Of a stretch of DNA of 64,000 bases, positions 42,501 to 52,200 are shown in pieces (the stretch's first letter is position 1; every line of letters begins with the position of its first letter). The notes beneath the pieces are model-generated. The model did no database searches. It had not been told where the DNA came from and saw only the letters and a program-made list of their open reading frames with translations. A program made the position numbers and the translations under genes. The DNA lies in the NCBI GenBank assembly GCA_965202585.1, contig OZ241828.1:53630001-53694000 (forward strand), in the 5' to 3' direction. The stretch comes from Thalia democratica. Taxonomy: Eukaryota.

Positions 42501-45500
42501 CAACAGTACAGCTTTTATGCACTTGAACTGTAATTGAAATAAAAAAAGTAATGTTTACCAAAAATATAGCTCTAATGTAATAAAACATCATTTTTGTATA
42601 AATCAGTACTTTGTACTAATTACCAAAATCATAACGTTTTGTAGCACAAAGCTAATCAAACGCTTTCGAACCCAAACCGCTTTAAAAAACGATTGTTGTT
42701 AGAAACAAAAACAAAAGGAGCAAACTAGCGAGCCGATAACCGGCATTGAATAATTAATACGGGCGGCGTCAAAATCAAGCAAAAGTGGTGAGTGATTCGT
42801 GCTGTGCACATGTCGCAAATCCGTCATTTGCACTACTTCCACCGAGGGTGGCTGAAAAATAATAGCTCTTCGATGAAACATTTAGCACTCAACGCATCAA
42901 TTAAAGACTGGTGGCACGCGCCATAATCTAGTATTTAAATGCTGTGGCTTTGTTTCATTTTGCGAGTGGCCGTGCCAAAATTTTAGCTGCATAAGTGATG
43001 GCTTGATGTAAAAATGTTTCTGACCTTTTAAAAGCAGCTTTATACTCGTTTTGCACAGAGTAACGGTTTTGCATACTAAAAAACATTAATAGTTTGTTCC
43101 ATAACTCTCTCTTTCTGTAAGCTGTATGTAAATGGATTTGATTAACATTAATTAATTGAATTCAATGTAATTTACAGGGTCTGACAACGGAGTAACAGGT
43201 CACGCCACATGGAAATGCGTGGCAGTTGACACTGAAACAGCCGCGTTCTCACCAGAAGGTGCCAACTTCGAGCATTGCACCAGCGACTGGCTCGTACGAC
43301 TTTCAAGCGAAGTAAGTGAAATTTCACAATGATAACTGAGACAAATAAAGTTGCTTTGAGAAATATCACTGTGTAGCATGTATGCAACAAAGCGCGTATA
43401 ACATGTCACAACGTCTAATTGAATCAAGCTGCGCTCAATTTTCTCAATTCAAACTTTTCTATGTAGAAGTTTTTGAACACGGAGAGGCGTGCAATGTGAT
43501 CATGTCTCGCGTAATTGCATTAATTTCGGCCCGCGAATGCATCTTTAGCTTTTATGGCAAAGTGAATTTCTCAGGGATTTTGTTTGTTTTATGAACAGCG
43601 TTTTTATCTTATTTGTTACTGCTTTGCGTTTTTCTTTGGGTTTTATATTTAGCATATGCAATTCAAGTTTTGTTTTTAGGTGACTCAAGAATCAGTAGTT
43701 GATAAAAGTAGAGATTTAGAAAGGCAACTGCAAACTAAGAAACTGATCTTGAGACCTTGGGACGTAGTAGCTACAATCGACTTGTTAAATGGTAAGTTTC
43801 TGGCTTTTTACTGTTAAGTAAACCTACATTGTTTCTTTTTTTATGTTTAGCTAATCGTTTTTCGTTTTACAAGAAATTAAAAAGAAAAAATGCTGTTGCT
43901 CAAGATTGTGCAACACTTAATTGTGTTTTGTTCAAAGTAAATGTCGCTGAAAATGTCTCAAATTTATTTGTTAAAAAAAAACGTATTATAATAGATAAAA
44001 TTCTAAATGCCGGTGCTTTGACATTTGACTCTAGAGCAATAAAATAATTCTGCGATATGCAACAACAGTTTGACATTTGACCAAAAATAGTGCGATTTAA
44101 ATCGAAAAATATAAATTAAAAGTATAAACTATCAGTGAAGTAACAACGTTCCCAAGAGAGCAGACAGCATTAATGCTGAAGAAAGCTTTTCAGCTGACCA
44201 CTGGCTTTTTAGCTGACCTTCGCGTACGCGCGGTATTCATGACAAAAATCAATAAAAATGTAACAAAATTATCACGGAAACACTGTTTCATGTGCTTCTT
44301 GATGCGCACGCGAGTCGGAAAAAGTTGAGAAGATCGATATTTTGCACGCTCGAGTGGGTTTGCGAGATGCTGCCGGGAGATAAGACGAAGCACAGAATAA
44401 ATTTGCATCTCAGTCTAAAGCATACAATAAATACTGTAAAAACTTAAACAAATTTATATTACTTTAGAATTAAGTTTAAAAAACTGTTATTTTTTTGTAC
44501 AGAAATTCTCGATGCCACCGAAGACAAGAAGCTTCTGACTGCGAACGCGATAGCTGACAACTTCGTCAAGATCGCAGACGTGCTCCTAGACGAGAACTTG
44601 GAAGACAAGTGGGATCAGTTGAATGTGCGCGCAAAGGTGAGGTTTCGTTGTAAATGTTTCAATCACACATTTGTGCGCAGCTACTTTCTTTATGCTGTCG
44701 TGATTGATAATGATCGCGCATGTTACTCATGCCACGGTGACATATTGGCAGGCGGCCATTTCAGTGGCCTCGAAGTGGCACATGTGTCACTGTTAAGTTT
44801 TCAAGTGTTTGCTGTTGTCGATTGTTTTTATTTTAATTTATGTAACTCTTATTAGAGCTTTGAAACTTATTTGAACTTAAAGTTTAAGATTAACATTTTT
44901 ATTTGAAAAAATAATAAACTTTTTAAAATAATTTTCCTTATGTTCTAGAGAGAGCAAGCCAGCCGAATAATCGAAGTCATGGATCGCATCGGCCGCCTCC
45001 TCTTCTCCGACATCAGCCCGGGAGTGAACACCCTGCCCTACAGGTCCACCTTCCTGTCCACCCATGTCAAGCTCGAGATGAAAACTCAAAAGCAGCTCGA
45101 ATTAAACGAGGCGGAGTTCCGTCCCAACGTTCACACCCACGTTAATTTCCAGTCTTCGGACCACAGGGGTCAGCTGACGGGCTTGCTGATGGTGGCCTTT
45201 CACAAGCGATTGGGCAAGTACATGGCAGACGAGCGTTCCATGGGGTCCCAGTCAAAGTTCCCAGTCGATTCGGAGCTGATCAGCGTCTCCAGCATCTCTT
45301 CATCTACGGATGATAAATCAAAGTCAAACGAGAAGGTTACGATTAAATTCGGCGGAGAACTGTTCAGCAAGGTGAACCTTGAGCAATCTTGCGCTTTCTG
45401 GAACGTCACTTCAGTTGAAAACACAAGGTTTGTCTTGGTTATTTAAAAAAAAAAACCAGAAAAAAAATCTTACTGTGATTAAAATTGTGTTTATTTAATA

Positions 45501-48500
45501 AATTCAATAATTCATTTTTTTAACAGAACCCTAAACGGAATATGGTCACCAAAAGGGTGCGCCACGGAGAAGCATCAAGACGGCAGCGTGACGTGTACTT
45601 GCGACCACGCCACCGCCTTCGCTGTTCTCACGTCCAACGACGGGGAGTTCCCGCTGTCGTGGCAACAGAAAATGAGCACCGTAGACCCAACTCCGGGATT
45701 TCCCCCGACCTCGGACGGCCAAACAGAAACAGATGAGGTTGAAGTAGAAGAAGTTCAGTTTGAGGGTTTGTCGATTATCAGAGTGGGTTTGGTGTTTTCA
45801 ATACTGATCCAAATGGTTGTTCTCGTCACCCTACTATTTTACAGGTTTATACAATAGTATTTTTGCAAAAAAAAAATAAAAAGTGTGATAACTTGCTAGT
45901 ATTAAAACCTTTAATCCAATTTTTTCGACCAAAAACACTTAGGTTAATTAACTCTTTGAAAACTAACAGCCACAAACTGGATTCCAACACGATCCACAAA
46001 AACATCGTCGTCTGTTCGCTCGTCACCGGCATTTTGTTCGCGTTTTTCGTCAACCAGACTTCAAACAACCAGTGGTGCTCCATGGTCAGTGTCCTGCTCC
46101 ACATTGGCATTTTGTCTTCGGCCTGCTGGTCCACTCTGTCCTGCTACCACCTCATGTCGGACCAGGGCGAGAACAAGCGGTACAAAACGTACTACTTTGT
46201 CGGCTACGGTGCCCCCGTTTTGTGCGTGGTCATAACAGCAGCCATCGACAAGAGCGTTTATGATGGAAAGAAGATGTAAGTGTTTTGTTTCCTATTCTTA
46301 AAGTATTATAATTTAATGCATAAAAATTAAACGTGACAAATACTTTTAAACTTCTCTTACGGTAAACGTGATACAATAATTGCATTATACTCATTTACAT
46401 TAACTAACATTAACGCTACAGGTGTTGGGTCGACCCTGGTACAAGCTCAATTTACGGAGTTGTTGTACCGTTGCTGGTGGCCGTGGTCATTTCTGTTTGT
46501 TGCGTTGTGGTCGTTTTGAAAAACTTGAAGTCTCCCATGTCTTCTGCGAGGACTGCTCTCACGCACAAGCGTAAATCAATCAGGTTAGAACATTAAGTTT
46601 GTTGTTGCAATTAATAGGTCTTTTGATAAAATGTTTTTTTTTTACAAAATGTGTGTTTAAGGTAGACATATAAAAAACTAACAAATGTGAAAATTACCTG
46701 ATATATTCTGTCATGATAAACGAAAAAACTTTGTCTTTAGAAAAATGACCCAGCAAACCTGCTTCATATACGCATTGATGGCAGCGAAGTGGAGCTCATT
46801 GATACCTTGGATGTCGACCAACAGCAGCCAGATTGTGACCGCCTGGCTCTTCTGCATATTCACCATCATCTACTCGCTCGCCTGCCTGGTCTGCTTCTGC
46901 ATACTCGATGAAAAAGTTTGTTTGAAATTCTAAATTTTTTTAATTGTTCACACAGCTTCATATTGAATTTGATAAAAAAAAAAAAAAGAAAGTTAAACTC
47001 AGTTGCTTATTGTAACAAAATTTAACTTTATTTTTTCTTCAGGTCAGAAGCAAATGCTGCAAATGGCTGCACAACATCAAAAAAGACCAGGACTTTAACC
47101 GCAGGCACCACCACCACCCTGTGGGACCGGACGGAAGGCGGAGACCGTTCGGAGCTACCGACAGTCAGATCAACCCGAACAGCGGCTACCCGCTCCACGC
47201 CGTGAGAACGACAATGCAATCAAACACGTCGAACGGGTATCCGGTAAACGCTAGCAGCGAATCGCCTACCGGTGAGTATTGTTGGAAAAACTTTGATATT
47301 AGTCTCTTTTTGTCTGTTTCGATTGTTTTTTTCTAACTTAAAAAAATTATTAGATTTACTTGAAAACTGACCAAATATTTTTTTTAGATTACCGACAGCC
47401 CTTGTCGTCTACTTCCACCCACGTGGCTCCGAGGACGCACTACGGCGACGAGATCACGCGGCCGCTCATGCAGCTTGCCCCTTCTAGCTGCTCGTCCCTC
47501 CAGCACTGCGACCTCATCGCCAGTTGCCACGGCATCCACGGCTCCACCGCGGCCCCCTGCTGCCACGGCAACTGCCAGCGCGGCCTCGAGGGCAAGTTTC
47601 ACCAGCAGCAGAGGTACTCGACCAACAACGCGAACAGCTGGAACAACTACGTGCAGAGCGGACCGATCGGGCACCGCACCACCATCGCCACCAGCAGCGG
47701 CGGGAAGCAGGTCCAAGTCACCCTGCCCTCGCCGAGCTGCAGCCACTGCCGCGCGAACGACATGCAGGGTGGTTCCCCTCACTACTACGAGCAGCCGCGC
47801 AACCCCACTTCCACGGTCCCCATGTGCTCGTACCAGCCGAAGATCGCCTCCCCGACCAGCACCGTGACCAGCGTCCACCCGTACGACCACCTGCACCAGC
47901 AGGACAGGTTCGCGCCCCAGCCGAGGCAGCAGAGGTGCAGGTGCGGGCCGTTGCATATGCAAAGTGCCAGCCCGCCGCACTCGACCTGTTCCACCATGAC
48001 GTCGTCGAAGCCGGGGCACTTGTACGAGACCCTCGGACCCTTCAGGTCCAATGACGAGACTTCGCCCGTTCAGCATCAGCCCGTGGACGACTCGGTCGGT
48101 CTGGACTTTCACCAGCAAGTCAGACGACAGGTGCTTTAGGTTCTAATTTTGTGTGTTTTTGCGTACATTAGTTTTGTATGATAATTTTGTTTTAAACAAA
48201 TATATTTCATAAAAGCAATAAAATTAAACAAATAAAGTGTTGCTCAATTCTTTTAACGTTTTTTAAATTTTTTTCTTGTTTCTTTTTACACAGGAGTTTT
48301 AAACTCAACCTCGTTGTTTACAGTCGCTGCAATACCAGAGTGCCAATTACCGGCCGGAACGCCAGAACATCGACTGTGACGTCATAACCAGGCACCCCTC
48401 GTCCCGCTTCCACTACTCCCAACACCGCACTCTGCCCGAGGACTCGCGCCACCCCATACTGGAAGAAGACCAGCTGCTGATGCGGGGCGACCCCCACAGG

Positions 48501-49205
48501 CACCACCCCTCTCGCGTCATGACGACCAGCTTCGGCCATGACAACCTCATGTCGCAGCACGCGTCCCGCGACGTTCTGCTGGCCGCCGGCCCATCCTTCC
48601 ACGGGCACCATCTGGGCGGCGGGGTGCGCCACGGAAACAAGTACGGCCAGCATCACCATGGAAACCACGTCCACCACCAGCAGCAGGGATCAGGTCGCAG
48701 CTCGGACCCGCTTTCGACCGACCAGGGCTACGACACCGACTCTTGCCAGCAGCTTCAGTTCGGTCGACACGCGGCGACGTCGTCTTCCAATCAGCAGCGG
48801 CGCAAGGAGAACGTCATTACGACGTCATCGGCCAACTCGTCGCGCACCACCGAAGACGACGAGTCGTCGGAGAACGACCTAGAAGTGGAGAAGATAAACC
48901 GCCACAACGAAGCGCTGCTGTCGCCCGCCGACTCCGAGTCAATGATCGAGACATCGAGGGGCGGCAGGCTGAGCGGCACGGACACAGTGACGTCGTGGGC
49001 CGCCGTGAAGCCGCCCAAGTCCAGCTCGCACCACCACTTTGAGGGAAACCACCACCAGGCGCACCAGAGGCACTCGCAGCACTTCTCACAGGGGGGAAGT
49101 TCCCAGCTTCCGAGCTCCTACACCCTCCCCGAGACGTCCGAGTCGGCCACCAAGGCGAAGATCGACCTGAGGGCGGGCGGAGTGAACATGATCACTAACC
49201 TGTGA
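30351..49205 (+). CDS. ADGRL: Latrophilin-like adhesion GPCR (lectin-OLF-HRM-GAIN/GPS-7TM-PDZ motif), 19 coding exons in this span; signal-peptide exon(s) upstream
   Basis: Manual splicing of 19 GT-AG exons gives an uninterrupted frame (5006 nt = 2 + 1668 codons). Translated motifs: 8-Cys SUEL lectin, GMWMKDP / [18 protein letters not shown] / NAFMACG (olfactomedin), CAFW..W...GC...CTCDH (GPS), seven hydrophobic helices with NTIHKN and CW, C-terminal ITNL. Confidence 0.95.
31827..31945 (+). CDS. ADGRL: Exon: C-half of SUEL lectin domain
   Basis: ctgcag / gtgagt; CDGNAYCKFEVSGSLFEDGNACFNTEGKFLNLVYECKPL; phase 2 to 1. Confidence 0.93.
33782..33797. repeat. Exact copy of the 16-bp near-palindrome ATTGTGACGTCATAAT (CRE core)
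   Basis: Identical to 49205-49220 and to the reverse complement of 41620-41635. Confidence 0.85.
36191..36329 (+). CDS. ADGRL: Exon: start of olfactomedin domain
   Basis: ttcaacag / gtaagc; EPCNEG...NPGMWMKDP; phase 1 to 2. Confidence 0.92.
37674..37842 (+). CDS. ADGRL: Exon: olfactomedin domain
   Basis: tttcacag / gttcgt; YIYFLQY...PDGTGMVVIGNDLYYNK; phase 2 to 0. Confidence 0.92.
38594..38796 (+). CDS. ADGRL: Exon: olfactomedin domain
   Basis: ttcaacag / gtgagt; [38 protein letters not shown]; phase 0 to 2. Confidence 0.95.
40848..41010 (+). CDS. ADGRL: Exon: olfactomedin domain
   Basis: ttttcag / gtgagt; TPYDKMAALNAFMACGVMYVV..IDYMYNT; phase 2 to 0. Confidence 0.95.
41139..41352 (+). 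CDS. ADGRL: Exon: end of olfactomedin domain and Thr-rich linker
   Basis: aaacag / gttagt; SIKYSYYNHQLYVFESNGYATLY..TPTITTST; phase 0 to 1. Confidence 0.93.
41620..41635. repeat. Exact copy (reverse orientation) of ATTGTGACGTCATAAT
   Basis: ATTATGACGTCACAAT read directly. Confidence 0.85.
42365..42460 (+). CDS. ADGRL: Exon: hormone-receptor motif (HRM), first half
   Basis: cttatag / gtaaaa; LYCKPVSSQGFEWERVETGQSATVACP; phase 1 to 1. Confidence 0.9.
43178..43311 (+). CDS. ADGRL: Exon: HRM, second half
   Basis: tttacag / gtaagt; GHATWKC..FSPEGANFEHCTSDWL; phase 1 to 0. Confidence 0.92.
43680..43791 (+). CDS. ADGRL: Exon: GAIN subdomain A
   Basis: tttttag / gtaagt; VTQESVVDKSRDLERQ..PWDVVATIDLLN; phase 0 to 1, required for frame continuity. 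Confidence 0.85.
44503..44636 (+). CDS. ADGRL: Exon: GAIN subdomain A
   Basis: tgtacag / gtgagg; NFVKIADVLLDENLEDKWDQL; phase 1 to 0. Confidence 0.92.
44949..45427 (+). CDS. ADGRL: Exon: GAIN subdomain B to first half of GPS
   Basis: gttctag / gtttgt; RIIEVMDRIG..VDSELISVS..VTIKF..SCAFWNVT; phase 0 to 2. Confidence 0.93.
45527..45844 (+). CDS. ADGRL: Exon: GPS, tethered-agonist (Stachel) segment, acidic linker, TM1
   Basis: ttaacag / gtttat; GIWSPKGC..TCTCDHATAFAVLT..LSIIRVGLVFSILIQMVVLVTLLFY; phase 2 to 2. Confidence 0.95.
45970..46275 (+). CDS. ADGRL: Exon: TM2-TM4
   Basis: ctaacag / gtaagt; NTIHKNIVV..WCSMVSVLLH..YYFVGYGAP..AAID; phase 2 to 2. Confidence 0.95.
46422..46583 (+). CDS. ADGRL: Exon: ECL2, TM5, ICL3
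   Basis: gctacag / gttaga; CWVDPGTSSIYGVVVPLLVAVVISVCCVVVVLK; phase 2 to 2. Confidence 0.93.
46741..46915 (+). CDS. ADGRL: Exon: TM6-TM7
   Basis: tctttag / gtttgt; FIYALMAAKWSSLIPW..VTAWLFCIFT..CFCILDEK; phase 2 to 0. Confidence 0.93.
47043..47271 (+). CDS. ADGRL: Exon: helix 8 and proximal cytoplasmic tail
   Basis: ttcttcag / gtgagt; VRSKCCKWLHN..RRHHHHP; phase 0 to 1. Confidence 0.92.
47388..48130 (+). CDS. ADGRL: Exon: cytoplasmic tail (Cys/His/Gln/Pro-rich)
   Basis: tttttag acceptor, long GC-rich open frame. Donor most likely CAG|gtgctt at 48130; AA|gtcaga at 48118 is an in-phase alternative. Confidence 0.88.
48324..49205 (+). CDS. ADGRL: Terminal coding exon: His-rich tail ending in class I PDZ-binding motif MITNL*
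   Basis: gtttacag acceptor, phase 0, 294 codons to TGA; the x-T-x-L terminus parallels the vertebrate latrophilin VTSL end. Confidence 0.9.
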   Translation, partial: SLQYQSANYRPERQNIDCDVITRHPSSRFHYSQHRTLPEDSRHPILEEDQLLMRGDPHRHHPSRVMTTSFGHDNLMSQHASRDVLLAAGPSFHGHHLGGGVRHGNKYGQHHHGNHVHHQQQGSGRSSDPLSTDQGYDTDSCQQLQFGRHAATSSSNQQRRKENVITTSSANSSRTTEDDESSENDLEVEKINRHNEALLSPADSESMIETSRGGRLSGTDTVTSWAAVKPPKSSSHHHFEGNHHQAHQRHSQHFSQGGSSQLPSSYTLPETSESATKAKIDLRAGGVNMITNL

Positions 49206-49220
49206 TTGTGACGTCATAAT
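49205..49220. repeat. Exact copy of ATTGTGACGTCATAAT overlapping the stop codon
   Basis: TGA(49203-49205) followed directly by TTGTGACGTCATAAT. Confidence 0.85.
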
Positions 49221-49271
49221 GAATTTTAAAAACTTGCACATCGCATTCCAAATTTCTCCTTTTTTGATTTC

Positions 49272-49277
49272 ATTAAA
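49272..49277 (+). terminator. Possible proximal polyadenylation signal (ATTAAA); a canonical AATAAA lies at 50975-50980
   Basis: Hexamer match downstream of the stop in T-rich sequence; weak evidence in an AT-rich genome. Confidence 0.25.
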
Positions 49278-52200
49278 AGGCCAATTTTTTCCTTGACTTT
49301 TGAATTTGAACAAAAATATTTACTACTTAATATGAAAATTTTCAACATATTCTACAGTTTATGTATATACATGACTTTTCTACACTTTTACTATACTTCA
49401 GTCGCGTATTTACTTAGAATTAAAAACTTAACGTTTTTACTTGATTTAAAACAATTTTCTAGTACTTTCTGCTTGTTTGTTAGCCTTTTTACAAATTAAA
49501 ACAATTTTTTCTAAGTTGTGTTAAAAACTGTGCTCAGGTAGCAACTCAAGGCACAAAACAAATCATCTTTTATTGGCTACTTTTTGTGCTTTTTAGTTTT
49601 AATTTCAAGTTTTTGACAAACTTTAAGTTTACCCGTCTAGTAATCATGATTTTTATTTTTATGGTGTAAGTTATTATTTTTCAAATTTTGTTTCTCCTTA
49701 GCGAAATTTTTTATATAATTTACACTTTTATACTTTCGTTTTGTTTTAAAAACAATTGAAAAAAAATTGACAAAAAACTTGAGTGGTTAATCTTATGTTA
49801 TGTAGTTTTTACTTGACAAGACAAGATTCATTTATTTTGTGTGAGCAAAAAAAGCTGAGAAAATCTATTGATTTTGTTAAAAATTGCTTATGCATTTACA
49901 AAAAGTCAGTGCTACTAACTGCGTTTTTTTAATTTAAAAGAAAAATTAAGTACAAAAACTTTTGTGAATTAAGCTCTCTCTTAAAATAACTTAGTAATTC
50001 ATATATATTTCCACATTGTCAGAAATTTAAACAAAACACTTATGAAAAGTCTAAGAGTACTTTATTAAAAAAATATAGTTTCATAAATTACATTTATCAA
50101 CCATGAATGTTTGAAGCCAATTGACATTTTATTTTAAGCTTTTTAAAGCGCTCTGTATTGATTTTTAACCTTCTGATAAGTCGAAAAATGAACCAGTTTT
50201 GTAAACTAATCATTCTTTTTAACTTTAAATGCGTCATGTTTTGATTAGAGGTAGTATAAGTTCATAAAGTTTTAGTTAAGTAAAACAAGCAACTAATGAT
50301 CTTTTAATATAAATAGTTCTAGCTATATTAAATGCTAAAATCTTAAAATTTTAAAGAAAATTTTTGCATAGTAAGATTTATTACTTTTTTATAAGTTTGT
50401 AAACATTTTCTTTATTAGTTTTAATTCTTTTTTTATTGCACTATAATTGCATAATTAACTTTATGAGGTGATATTAAGATTAATTTCAGGGTTAACTTTA
50501 AAATTACTTTATAACAACAACTTTACTTTTTCCACAAAGAAAATCATACATTATATTGAATCAAGTTGCAAAATTTAGTTTAAAAACCCAAAATTGTTAA
50601 ACAAGTTTAGCCTAAAGTTTTTCTACTGTTTAAACATAAAATTATATACACATATAAGTTGTTTGTTGTAGAACTCATAGTAATGAATTTATGAAATTGT
50701 AAACCTCAGAGCTACAGTAAGTAATTATTATGGTGAGGCATGTAAAATTTTAAGTTCTACATGATCTCGTTGTTTACCTAAAATACTACTTAAGTTTAAG
50801 TTTATTTTAGTTGCTGATATGTCTTTATTAGGCTTTTGTAGAAGTAAAAACAATTTTTATTTTCTCCGTCTGATTAACTAGTCGGTATTTAATGTTTATG
50901 CAAACACGTAAAAGTTAACTTTCGAAATAGTTTAGGTAGAGAGCTACTTTTACAAACAATTAATTTAGTTACAAAATAAACTAAAACGATATTAACCAGC
51001 TAAAGTACAAATTAAAACTCGTAATGCAAAAGTAACAGTAATAACGCGAATACAAAATAATTAGTTTTTATTTTTCATTTAAGAGAACAAAAAATCAATT
51101 TAAAAATTGTGAATATAAACTTGAAACTACTGTTTAGCTCTTGTAAAGTAATGAACTAGCTTTATAATCTTTTAACAAAATTAATTAGACACATAATGCA
51201 ATTAATCACGTGTAGATTTTGTTTATTTTATCTTGGTTGTAGTTAAAGTTCAAACTTAAATGTCAAACTATAAAAATTTTAGTTATTTTTACATAAAAAA
51301 AGCGCTAAGGTCGATTTACTTTTTCTAAACTGTTTTCTTATAAATATATTTTTGGCACAAACTTCAATCAAAGCTATATTAAAAACATATTACTAGCTAC
51401 ATTACACTTACTTTAACTGATTTAATATAATTTCAAAAACACTTAAGAAAACTTTAAACTGTTTACTACACTTTTAAGAAAAATCACAAGCGCTTGCCAA
51501 ATACCTCTCAGTAGCTAATCGTTTTCAGCTCTAATATGTTTTTATTCACAATAACTTAGCACCGAAAAACAAACACCCTTGATATAAAGCGCAAATAATA
51601 ACTATTTGTTTTCGGTAAAGCGCGCATAGCAAAAACAAAGTGTTGGCAGGAGATTAATGCTAAAAGCAGCGCGACGCAGGCGACCAGATCGAAACGAAAA
51701 CAACAGATTTGCTCTTCGGGGTCACGCGCCCCTTCAGCCCCCTCAGAAGACGAATATCCGCCGATGCTATCTGTTTTATTACCGGCAACAGATTGAGGAG
51801 ATTACCATGGAAAAGTCTTCGATCTGTAAAACCGTCGGAGCGCGCCGCACCCCAATGTTTGAGAAGTAAAGCGTTTTTGCCGAGAAAAACATTTTTGTTA
51901 TTGTTTTGGCTCTCGCCAGACTTTTTGTTTGGTAAACATCACGGACTGCTGGTCGCAAGCGCACTCAAACCAGCCTGCAATCAATCACCGCGAAAGCTCC
52001 CACCGTAGTGACCCTTGGTAATACGCTGAAATAAATCAAGCCCGCGTTACCTTCCTGCGAGATTAATCATGAAATTATTTGCGCTGTTTGTTTGCATGTG
52101 TTGCGTATTCGGCAGGTAATGATAATCAACGGTTTTGTAGCGAGCTAGTCGGTGAGCGCAGTAAAAGAATAGTTAAATTTGAAGATGCAATTTTGTTTGT

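Noticed and set aside
45845-45857. Intron read-through after TM1 giving a single-pass isoform (LFYRFIQ*)
   Set aside because: An early stop in an AT-rich intron is expected by chance; nothing in the sequence indicates retention.
47028-49313. Long minus-strand and off-frame ORFs in the ORF track (e.g. 47384-48118 minus, 47524-48054 plus, 48318-48677 minus)
   Set aside because: Shadow ORFs of GC3-rich latrophilin tail exons; no independent splice signals or recognisable protein.
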